A stretch of 64,000 nt of DNA, from assembly GCA_012295275.1 (NCBI GenBank), contig CM022675.1, positions 10,168,001 to 10,232,000 on the forward strand, read 5' to 3'. The translations under genes and the position numbers were made by a program. How positions within the stretch are numbered: the stretch's first letter is position 1; every line of letters begins with the position of its first letter. Below, piece after piece: positions 13,104 through 25,704 of the stretch. The notes below the pieces were generated by a model. It saw only the letters and a program-made list of their open reading frames with translations, searched no databases and was not told the origin of the DNA. The stretch comes from Chrysomallon squamiferum. Its lineage: Eukaryota; Animalia; Mollusca.

Positions 13104-13479
13104 AAAAAGTGAGAAAAATATTGCACACGGCTGTTTTTCATTTTTCGTATTATTTTTCTGAGGCAGAAGCCAATTTCCTTCTAATGATAGTGTTTTGGGC
13201 GATGGTATTTTGTTCGTCATTTTAACAGTAGTTCAATAACTTACAACTTTTATTTCTAATCCCACTTCTACATCATGTCATATACAACGAATTTCTTTTA
13301 ATCAAGTTTTTTTTTTTTTTTTTTTTTTTTTATATTTACATTAATGTCGTCTGCGTTCAGGCCATGACGAATGTCCGACGTAAAGTGTCTCCCCAAGACA
13401 CGGAGCACCACACTAGTTTACGAATATTTTATGTCACTGTAATAAATAAACGAATTGTAATGTAACAACATAACAATAA

Positions 13480-13518
<39 letters not shown>

Positions 13519-13632
13519 GCACGATTACCTGCCATTATTGTTAGTGTTAGTTCGTTAGAAGGTTAACTAATATGACTCGTTGATGATAATTAAAAAAAGA
13601 AAAGAAAATGTTTTTTCAACAGAATCTGGAAA

Positions 13633-13830
13633 TTCTCCTTCCTTCCTGGCAGGGATCCTGAAAGTACGTGTTATTTAATTACATCAACAACAACAACAAC
13701 AGCATCTGTAACACACTTCCATCAATCCCATTTTTCATTATCAGTAGAATCTCGAAAAGATACAAACATAACATTCTTACGTACATGGAGACATCTAGAT
13801 CAGTATGTTTATCAAAGGTGACAACACATG
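13633..13830 (-). pseudogene. Captured intron plus furin-exon-start fragment of a C-type EGF-ZP gene
   Basis: Near-identical to about 32310-32506 of copy C (ttctccttccttc.tggcagggat.ctgaaagtacgtg...acaacacatg). Flanked by the 22-bp direct repeat tttcaacagaatctggaaattc (13614-13635 and 13868-13889). Confidence 0.85.
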
Positions 13831-14679
13831 ATTTAAAAAATATATGAAAAAAGAAAGAAAAAAGTTGTTTCAACAGAATCTGGAAATTCATTTCCATTAC
13901 AATGTTAAATCTAAGTGCAGCAAAGTATTTTTGCGCATCCTTTTACACATCTTTTTGCGTAGTTTGTTCACTCTATCAACCAAGGGGGAAAAAAAACCCC
14001 ACCATTTATACATTTTACTCTGATACAACTATTGATAATTCGCTGTCTTATACAACCTGAATTTAGCTTTCATACAACGAGAGCGGCAAGTGATATTTCC
14101 ACATCATTTACTTTGTTTTACAAAGCAGACTCTGACATTTGCTTTTCTGTACTAACCACAGTGACAGGCACAGAGCGTATCTAGTTTCTGTTGATTAAAT
14201 TCCTTTTAAAACTGATGCTGTTGTTTATTGTTTCGGCATAATTGAACGACATGCTGAAAACACGTTTATAACTTACGTTTCGGGTGATTGAAATCATCTC
14301 GAGTGTAAATATTCTGTTTAAAAAAGTGAAAATACTTAACTCTCTTTTTCGTCATTTTTACTCATCATTTGCTCATCATTTTAGGTGGAGCAAATAATAT
14401 TAAGGTAATCCTAAGTTTTATTCTTTGCTTGATGTAAACATTAGACATATGAGGTTTTGTGACATAAAAGGGAATGAATATTCTGTTGTCTCGTGTGAAT
14501 CTGAATAGACTCTGCACACAGACAATATTCGGGAACGCCCTGTCACAGGAGGATAACCTTAGCTTTGGCCTTTACAAAACAATATTGTAAAATCAACTAA
14601 AATTGGACTAATACATTTTAAATTACTGCTATTTATTTATTATTTTATTTTGCTTGTTTGTTTGCTGTCGCCAGGTGAG

Positions 14680-14728
<49 letters not shown>

Positions 14729-15214
14729 AATACACATATATAGATATATATATATATATATACATATAACACACACACACACACACACACACATCCTGTA
14801 ATCACCATAAATACTGGCATTAAATGACCAGATAAATTTGTGTATTTTCAATTACTTATTTCAGCCACATCAGTTTAAATCTTATTTTGCTCAGAAGGGT
14901 TTCAGGGAGTTTTCTGTTTTCATTGTTGTTATTTCTGCTTTACGCTGTTAACAGAAAACGTTAATCAATTAAATTAGAAATAATAAAGTAAAATATAATA
15001 TGTGAATAAATAAATTAGTAACTGAAAACAAAGAAAAACTAATACAAAGATATAAATAAACAAATACAGTTTTGATAATCAGTACAATAAAATAGGCTAG
15101 TTAGCAAAGAAAGAAACAAGTTATATATAAAAAAAATCAGATAGTGATAAACTAAACTCCATTACATTCTGTTCGAAATATAACAATTTTATAAAAAAAA
15201 GAAAATTGAAAAAG

Positions 15215-15250
<36 letters not shown>

Positions 15251-15349
15251 AAAAGAAAAGGATAATAATAACCAGAAATACGAAAAGGAAAGATACATTA
15301 CCATAACAGGTTGTCAAAAGATTCCTTGACAATCATTATGTCTCACGAC

Positions 15350-15570
15350 ATCTCATTGGTCAGAATGCATTTTAATACAAAATAGTCTATTGATCGACCG
15401 CCACTCGAGAGGCGGGACAAAGCTGTCATAATTTCTTGTCACTTAAATATTCTGCTTACGTAATTATTAATAATTTTTTTTATTTTGTTCGAGTTAATAT
15501 AAATTGATCAAGAATAAAACTAACCAGCAGAGTGCGGCAAGAAAAGTCTAGAAGCTGAAAAGAGGTAAGT
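15350..15570 (+). promoter_or_regulatory. Candidate promoter and non-coding first exon of EGF-ZP copy B
   Basis: Inverted CCAAT (ATTGG 15355-15359), a GC-box-like gaggcggga near 15408, and a strong donor AGAG|GTAAGT at 15564/15565. The ATG exon of B (from 18797) starts with an acceptor, so an upstream UTR exon is needed. An alternative donor lies at 16719/16720. Confidence 0.3.
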
Positions 15571-15765
15571 TTTTGAAGATGCTATTTTATATATATATAT
15601 ATTATATACATATATATTTTTTAAAGAAGTAAGTTATGATTATCGATAAAAGTGGGTGGAAAAACTAAAGTTTTGCTCTAATTTCAAGATTTATTATGAT
15701 ACAAGTGCTTTTATGATGTAACAAATATTTTTCGGGGTGAAAATAGTATTTTAGTAATAAAACTC

Positions 15766-15849
<84 letters not shown>

Positions 15850-17784
15850 TGTGTGTCCGTCCGTTTGTCATATATAACAATTAACAAAGAAATACTGTTA
15901 AAAAACTTCATTATGTTCAGATAATTTTATAACTTGAAACTTGTTTTCAAAAATGCACACTTTTATCATACCTCTTGATATGTGCAGCCCAGCTTTTGGG
16001 AAGGTTCGTGAAAAAGTCCACTTACTGCTAGATAAAAATAGTAGACCATAAGATGTTTGGTAGCGTTATTCTATTTTTATATGTTTGTAATAAACAAACG
16101 AACATAACAAGAACAAAAAAAAGAAGATAAAAGCAACCATAGAAAAATAAACATATAAATAAATATGCAAATAACTAACTAAATAAATGAGCAAATAAAA
16201 AAAATAAAAAAATAAGCAAATAAATAAATAACTAAATAAATAAATAAGCAAATAAATAACTAAATAAATAAATAAGCAAGTAAATAAATAAATAAGCAAA
16301 TAAATAAATAAATAAGCAAATAAATAAATAAATTAATTAATAAATAAGCAAATAAATAAATAAAAAAGCAAATAAATAAAGAAATAAGCATATAAATAAA
16401 TAAATAAATAAATAAGCAAATAAATAAATAAATAATTAGTGACAAGATGTAATGAAATTAATATAACACTTGGCTTTTAGACGGAGACAGAGAAAAAATT
16501 TGGTTGCAACAAAATATTTAAAATTGTACCTAGATCTTTACTAATCCCAAAATCATAAACATCCAACGAACTTTGCTTCGGTTCAGAGAGGCTGGTTACC
16601 CTTTGTTGTTAGTGTTGGTGAGTTACACGGTTAATTAGAGAGACAGACGATAGTTAGAATGTTAGACACGGATCAGTCGAAGAAAAACTAACTATTTAAC
16701 GTCACAGTGAGGACGGCTGGTGAGTTTGTTAGAACGTGGAGGAAATAAATAAAGAATAATGAAATCAATTTTGATGTCAAACTGAGAATGACGAATCGCT
16801 AGGGTGTCAAAAACGAGAACCAAATTGTGGTTGTTTGCTTTAATGTGTTAGATATGGGTTTATGGATATATTAAAGAAAGATAAAATGTCAAAAAAAATA
16901 AAATAAAAATAAAATAAAGAATACAGATGAGCGCAAGTATAATTATATCACAACACCTAAAAGGCGTCTCTGCGTTCATCTCTTTAAAAAATGTGATTCA
17001 GGGAACAAAACTTTTGCTTCAGTGCTTGATGTATTTCGCAAACTTCAAAAGTCTTTACAAACTTTTCAGAATGTGAATTCAAAAGAACGGAAGCGTTCTA
17101 ATATTAAAATGAGTACTTGTGTAGTCTTTAATACAAACAAAAAATGTTTGGTGCTTCAGGAATATATTAGCCCCTGAATCAAAATCAAAACCAACGAATA
17201 AATGAATTTGCTTTTTTTTTTTTTTTTTGCTTCTTTCAGGAATTTATATTGGCCCCAAAAAAAAAAAAAAAAAAAAATAAAAAAATAAATAAAAAAAAAA
17301 AAAGAGAAAAAAATCTGACGTTTTAACGTTCAAGATCAGGGGTGGAATCAAAAATGAATGAAAATGCTTTTTTTTTGTATATGACATTTTTTTTTTTTTT
17401 TTTTTTTTTACTCTTTCAATGCAAGTCATTTACTTGACAAAAGTGGGAACCGCACCCACAAAAAAAAAAAAAAAAAAATAAAATAAATAAAATAAAAAAA
17501 AAAAGAGAGAAAAAATGCATCTGACGTCATAACTAAATAATGCGTTCAAGATCAGGGGTGGAATCAAATAAGCGTCAGAACATAATGGCGGCATCTTGTG
17601 ACTTGAACGCGCCTAACTACGCCTTTCTTTTGTATATGACATTTTGTTTTGTTTTAGCTTTTGGGCATTTCATTTCAATGTAAAAAAGTGTCGCATGAAA
17701 AATTAAGAGTTTTATAGCATAAAAAATTCAGTCTTTCAAAGTGAAAGACAAATTACTTTTTTTTTTTTTTTTTTTTTTTTTAAA

Positions 17785-17825
<41 letters not shown>

Positions 17826-18203
17826 ACTACATTTTCGTTTTAAAGGAAAAATAGCGTGGCTATGGATAAGTGAACACAACTTTAAAAAGTTATATTGCCT
17901 AAAGCATTTTTATAAATATCAAAAAAGAAGTGTCACTAGTCCCATAAAAATAATAGCTTCATTTGATGGCACTTTCCAGTGCAAAATCTATCGAAGGTAT
18001 ATAATGTTGTTGTTTTTTTGTTTTTGTTTTTTTAAAACAAAGCATTCTGTTCGTTTTCCAAGTCTGTGTGTACGCATGTTCTTGTTTGTGCGTGTGTTTG
18101 TGTTTGTGCTTGTATGTCTCTGTGTAGGCATGTTTCTGTTTGATTACTTTGATGTATGTGTTGGTATTAGTCTGCTTTTTTTTTGTGCTTGTGTTTGTCT
18201 CTC

Positions 18204-18238
<35 letters not shown>

Positions 18239-18807
18239 ATGTGTTTATGTGTTTGTTTTCGCGCGTAATTCTGTGCCACAGTTCTTAACCTCAAAACCTA
18301 ATCATTGCAATTAACTGAAGCAAACGTTTCAAATGTATTTATTTAATGTGTTCAGTAATAAAACTTTCCTTTACCTTTGAACTCGTTATCTTCGTTATTA
18401 AATAACTCAAGTTTTGTCGTTCAAATCTGACCTTAATAACGAAATTACAGCATATCGTGAAATAGTTTTCTTTTTTGTGTGTGGTTTTGTTAATTTTATA
18501 CATGTAATAGATGCATTTATAATTATTTGCACAATATTGGTCAAACTGTCAGGTTTCAAGCTTCATATATATTTTTGACATAAAACTACAAAGATGAACT
18601 GTCTGTTTATGACCTTTTTTATTTTTATTTTTATTTTTTTATTACTTTTTTTTATCGATCTTTCGATCTATCTGTTTATTTATTTATTTCTATGTCTGTC
18701 TGTCTATCTTCTAACTCTCTAACTATCCATTCATCAACAGATATTGATATTATTAGAGTTAACTGGTTTTACGTTTACTCTCAAAATCTGTTTCAGAGTA
18801 TTCAACG

Positions 18808-20636
18808 ATGTTGAGGATTTTTCTCTTTCTCACATTTGTAGCAGGAGTCCTGACAGGTAACTTTTAACAATCAACAAATAGACACAAATAAACACCGAGA
18901 CAAACACACAGATATCCACAATTGTAAACACAGACGTGTGAATGCTCGTGTATGTACAGGTACCGGACCAATTATCCGGCGTCAAGAAATCCGGAAAGTC
19001 CAGAAAACCGAAAGTTCTTACGTGTCGAGTCGTCAATTTTCTTTATGTTTTTAACTTTAAAATGTTTATGCCAAATTACTTACGTATTTAGATGCCTTGA
19101 CACCTGAAAACAGGAAAATCCAGAAATCCAGATTGCCTCAGGTCCCCAGGAGTCCGAATAAGTATATATCTATATCTATACATGTATGCATGTATAGATA
19201 TATCTATTTAGGAATCCGTATTAAATTATCGGATTAGACTAGATATAAAATATAAGTAGAAATAGATACAGTGGTACATTGACTTACGAGTGCATCGACT
19301 TACGATTTTTCCGAGTTAAGAGCATTCGTCCCGGTCGATTTTTTGCTTTGATTTGAGAGCCAAAATTCCAGTTACAAGCGAGCTTCACAACATCCGGCCA
19401 GCATCCAGCGTCTCACTCGTTTACTTCATGTAGTTAACTCGCCGCGGAAACATCTCTGTTGTGTTGTGTTCGCGTTTTGTGCAGTATTTTGCCTCATTTC
19501 TTTTTTCTAGCCATGGACCCTAAGAAAGTGAATGCAAAGGACAGTGCTGAAAAGAAGAAGCGGATGATGTCCATTGAATTAAAGCTTTAATTCATAAAAA
19601 AAAACATGTAGTCAATTTGGCTAGGCACTACGAGCGTAGTACTTCTACGATATGAACTATAGCGAAGCTGAAGGAGTCGATAAAGGCTGTAACTGCAGCC
19701 AAAGGCGTTAAACTAACTTGTCTCATCTCCAAGATAAATACACTTTACAAAACCAATTTATTTCTTTACATTCTCTTTTAGTTTGTTTTTATGCAATAAT
19801 TGCCATTTATAAATACATTTTTCTTACTTAAAAACACGTTACATAAAAAAAGAAAAGAAAAAAAAAGAGGTTGTTTGGGGGGTGTTGGAACAGATTAATG
19901 CTATTTCAATTAATTTCACTTGTGAAAATTGATTTGATATACGAGCAAATTGAGATACGAGCTAGGTCACGGAACGAATTAAACTCGTAAGTCAAGGTAC
20001 CCACTTGTACCCTGTTCAGCGCGATGTGACAATCAGCGCTATTGTAAGATTGCGCTGCGCGTTCTTACGATCCTTTGAAAAATTACGTCAATCTTGATAT
20101 CACTGGAAAACACCTTGTACGTGCTTTCTGATACTGCGCCATCTTGCGGTGCGGACTCGCCACGTACCGTTAACGCCCTGATACACAGAATAAACTGGTC
20201 GCTGACTTAAGATATCAGCTTTATCCTGTTCCAGCAAGAAGCGTTCCGCCCAGCGAGATCATTACCACCTGAGCAGGATGAAGACGATTTCCTAAGACGT
20301 TAACCAGTTATTTGTCTCAGTCTGCAGTCCCAAGTAAAACAAAAACTGAGTGTTTTATTTAACAACTCCTCGCTCTAGACAGTAGTAGAACCTCGCGTAT
20401 TGACTGCGTTGTATATTCATCAGTGATCAAGACAATCATTTATTTATCTGTTTCTAAACCAGCATTTAAACTGAAGATGTAGCTTTGAACAGTATATACG
20501 TAAATAGTATATACCTGTCTGTGAGTAATTCATCGAAGTGAATACAGTTCCTTTCCAAAAAGGTTGTAATTTCTGTCAGAGTTCGAAAGTACAGAACTTT
20601 ATTAGTTATCATCATATCTTGCCACTATGTTCAAAG

Positions 20637-20679
<43 letters not shown>

Positions 20680-21519
20680 GTAAAGTCTTCTCTGTGTGTG
20701 AGTGTGTGTGCGTGTGCGCGCGTATTTATGTTTGTTTGTATGTGTTTATGTTTTTCAGGTGAATCTAATGTGTACTTCGACTGTCGGCGAAATGGCCAGG
20801 ATTGTAAGAGAGATAACTCTTGTAAGGACGCTGACGGAATGTGTTCGTGTGATGGCCGTTCAGTTGGTATCGACTGTTCTGTTGCATCAGGTAAATCATT
20901 AAATACGTGATCGTTTACACACATGAACACACACACGCACACACACACATACAAACACACACGTACGTGAACACTCGCATGTGTTTTCTGACAGAGTTGC
21001 TCTCTCTCTCTAAACACACATGCGCACGCTTTGATTCCACTAAACACAAATAGAACAGTTTTTTGAAAGAAAAAAAAAGAAAAAAAAAGAGAAAAAACGA
21101 ACTGTTTTATAAAACTTTCATTTTTTTTTTCTTCCATCTTTTTTTTAGCCATCGTTTACACTACACCGAAAGAACACTTAAAATTCACTTATGAAACAAA
21201 TACGCCACAATACAGACTTACTCACCAAGTCACCAGATTTTATGTTATTTCTTTAAATAAATGAAGGGTTGGCTGGAGCCGCCGAATGTGCAAACATGCA
21301 GGATCCGTGTGGTACAGAAGGCGGTATCTGTTATTCAGCTTCTTCGGTCACTATAGCGTGTTCCTGTCCACCAGATACTTATGGAGTGGGCTGTAAGGAA
21401 AAAAGAAGTAAGTTTATAATGCACCGTCTGACCATTCATCCTCTTGTCGTTTTTCTGTGTCAGTTCATTATTCCACATTCCTCCATCAGTCTATCCATTT
21501 TATTATGTCTGTGTGCCTG

Positions 21520-21610
<91 letters not shown>

Positions 21611-21752
21611 CTCTCTCTCTCTGTCTCTTTGTCTGTCTCTGTCTCTGTGTCTCTCTCTTGTATCTAACTCGTCCACGAGGTTATCTGTGAGCCTATCAGT
21701 CTGACTTCTATCTATCTACCAATACATCCATCCATTCTTTCGTTTCCAGTCA

Positions 21753-21793
<41 letters not shown>

Positions 21794-22022
21794 CCTGTCT
21801 ATCTATCTACATGTCTGTCTATTAGCCTATCTATCAATCCATCTTTGTTTATTTCCTATCAGACTTCTATCTGTCTTTTGTTTTTTATCGGTCTGTCTAT
21901 TTTCTATCTATGTTGTGTGCCCTCTGTCTCATGCTTAGTATTGTCACACTTTTCTCTCGATAACATTTTCATAAAATCAGCTTTTATAATCTTAAATCAT
22001 TAAATTCTTAAGAGAGAGAGAG

Positions 22023-22083
<61 letters not shown>

Positions 22084-22670
22084 AAAGAGAAAAAAAAATG
22101 AAGGTAGGAAATAAAAAAACAGTTCGTTACTGTTGTTGTTGTCGTCGTTGTTGTTCCAGTACAGGTGAAGTGCTCGGAAGATTCGATGGAGATGACGGTC
22201 GTACTGCTAGGAACATTCGACGGCGTCATGTATATAGAAGGTCAGAGAAACGTGGAAGATTGTCAGTTCACGAAGAAATGGAAGGACGGCTTTGCCCAGT
22301 ACTCTCTGAATGTATCAGATACAGCTTGTGGAGAACTAGTTAAGACGGTGTGTATCTACGTGTGTGCGTGCGTGCGTGTGCGTGTGTATCTATGTGTGTG
22401 TGTGTGTGTGTGTTATAAAATGTTATATCTCTCTGTTATTACAATACGATGATAATTTGTTAAGACGATAATTTAATAAGCAATCTGTTGTATCGTCATA
22501 GAACAATGAGAAACGGTTTCAACTGAGGTCTTGATCGTGTGCTTGCCAAGTTCATACAGACGCGTGCTAAAATATTTCAAAGTCACCAAGTACATATAGA
22601 AACCTGCTAAAATATTCCAAAGTCGCCAAGTACATATAGAAATTTACTAAAAGGTTTCATATTCAATAAA

Positions 22671-22724
<54 letters not shown>

Positions 22725-23132
22725 GCTCTTTCCGCTTCCAAATAGAAATAAAATATCACACCGATTTCTGCCAAATGTAGCGCGGTAAATCTTGAAATCC
22801 ACCGAGGGCACATAGGCCCGATTTCTAAAAAAAGAAAGCACGATAATATTAATTTAGTTCATGTAGATTGCTGGTATTTTACGGATATTTTAAGGACACT
22901 TCTACGATCTTACTTTTCAAACGAGAGCGCTAAGCTAATTTCCAAGATGGCCGTTTGAACTAGGCGGAAGTGACGTAAGCAACCGACGGTTTCCGCTGAG
23001 CAAAGGTCATTGCTAAACTGTCTGAATATTAAGTACACATAAAAACCTTCAAGTCTGCCAGAACTCGCGAAAGGCAGGGCTAAACCGCTTATCATAGGAT
23101 TAGGCAATACAACATTTTACAAAAAAGATTCC

Positions 23133-23168
<36 letters not shown>

Positions 23169-23985
23169 CATAATCTGTTATCTGATTTTTCAGATATTAA
23201 ACTCACAGGAAATCAATGGGTATCAGTCATTAATAATACCTTTTTTTCGCACCATTTTCTTATTAGAACAGGATCTGTACATCATATTTGAATTATATTC
23301 GTATTAAACAACAATAATAATAGTAGATTGGTGGTGACAGTAGTAGTAGCACTAGTGCTAGTAGTAATTCTAGTAATACTAGGAATAATAATAATAATAA
23401 TAGCCAATAATAAAAAAGATCTATATTTTAATGATATAAATGATTTCAAGATTTTTTTATATTTTTTATTCATGTTCTGTTACTGTAATGATAACTACCA
23501 TGAACACCACGAATACTGTTCCTCTTCTTTTACATATTGTTATTTATTATTCAGACAAACAGTCGGTCGAGAAATTTCATCATACAGTTTAATTCAAAAT
23601 ATCTGACAACCTATGATGTCAAGGTCACTGTGTCTTGTACGAGAGATGATATCAGTACCGTGAGAGTGAGCAAAAAACTGGAAAATATACAATCAGAAGG
23701 GTGAGTTAATGTCTGCATGTGCAATAACATACTTATCTACACACCTACACATATACCTAATAATTATTATACATTATATATACACATCCATACATGTATA
23801 ACATTCCTAAATAATATACACACTCTGACACAAACCCACCCTTCCATACACACACACACACACACACATATATATACACACATACACACATGCATATGCA
23901 TATATACATATTACAAACATACATAGAAACAGACAAAAAGGCTAAGAAATAATATACACACTCTGACACAAACCCACCCTTCCAT

Positions 23986-24016
<31 letters not shown>

Positions 24017-25501
24017 CACACATACACACATGCATATGCATATATACATATTACAAACATACATAGAAACAGACAAAAAGGTTAAGAAATATACAGACGT
24101 ATGAGAATGGTAATACAAATGTTGTGTTATAGACACATCAAGAGCTCTGGTGTTAATAATACAGTTCCAACCGAAGTGAAATTTGAGATAAAAAAGGAAG
24201 ACGGGTCAGTGATATCAGGACCTGTATCACTGAGCGATCGTCTCACGTTTGAATTTACTGCAGTTAAAGGTACTTCCAAAACTACTGTCGTATCACTACT
24301 TCCATTTCATTACCACTGCTTCTTGGTAATGCTGTACTATACAGTTAGCACTACTTTCTTGCGCAGTATTTGGTAATGTTATATTAGTGGTTGTGAGGCT
24401 ATATTACTACTACAATTAGGACTACTTTCTTGCGCAGTATTTGGTAATGTTATATTAGTGGTTGTGAGGCTATATTACTACTACACCTTCGTAATGCTGT
24501 ATTCTTACGACTTCTTGATAAAGTTCATGGGTAGGTCTATATGCTAACTACATCTTGCTAATATTGTATGACTGCTAAGTATTTGTTACGCACTGCAATT
24601 TCTTCTTGCTAAACTTGTAACCCTGCTTCCTTCACCTGAAGTTACATTACGACTACTTCTTCCTACGACTACTACTACTTACTGGTAATGCTAATTTTTA
24701 CTACTGTTGTTAAATGCTATTTTGCTAGTATATCTCTCTACTACCTCCTATTAATGCTATGTTTCTGCTGCATATTGGTAATGTATTAGTAATACATTCC
24801 CAACCTCACTGCTTGCTGCTAAGGTGTTTTTCTAACACAAACACTGCATCTTCTGCTGCTGAACTGCTACTAACTGAAGGTAATGTTTATTGCTACAACT
24901 TCTTGGCAATCCTACATCATTGCTACAACTTGGTAATCCAATACGTCGTGTTAATGCTGTGTTACTACTAAATGCTGCTGTTACTGTATTACCACCGTTT
25001 CTTCAGAACCCAATACTGATACTGTTATATTATTACTACTTCTTGCTAATGCTCTATTACTGCTACTTCTTGCTAATCGTATATTATTACTACTTTTTTA
25101 AATGCTGTATTAGTACTAATTCTTGCTACCTCTACACTACTACTTCTTGCTTATTCTGTATTTGTTTATAGTGCCAAATTGAAACTAATTATTATTGCTT
25201 TTCACTAATGCTATATTGCTACTAATTCTTGCTAAGGACATATTACCACTACTTCTTGCTGACACTACGTAACAAGACTTTTTGCTAATGCTATACTACT
25301 ACTGCTTTTTGGTAACGCTAATTACGCCTGATTCTTACTACTTTCATTAATATTGCTAGTACTACTTCACTGTTACTATTACCATAGCTACTAATATTAT
25401 TACTAACACTACTACTACTACTAAAGCTTTTGCTAACGTTGCCACTCTACTGCAGGTAATACTGGTTTTAGCACTGTAAATGTTACTATTACTATACTAA
25501 G

Positions 25502-25555
<54 letters not shown>

Positions 25556-25659
25556 GCTTCTACGACCACTACTACGCCAACTTCTTGTTACCATAATAAT
25601 ATTCAAACCAATTGTTACTAGTAGTACTCCTACTGTTACTTTGCTAGCACCATTGTTAC

Positions 25660-25704
<45 letters not shown>

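Noticed and set aside
17310-17645. Local duplication with a CRE, a YY1-like motif and a 9-bp inverted repeat
   Set aside because: Short, embedded in homopolymer runs and possibly an assembly artefact. No RNA gene or element is recognisable.
23811-24490. Two-copy intronic duplications (about 138 bp and about 71 bp) specific to copy B
   Set aside because: Ordinary slippage duplications with no evident function.
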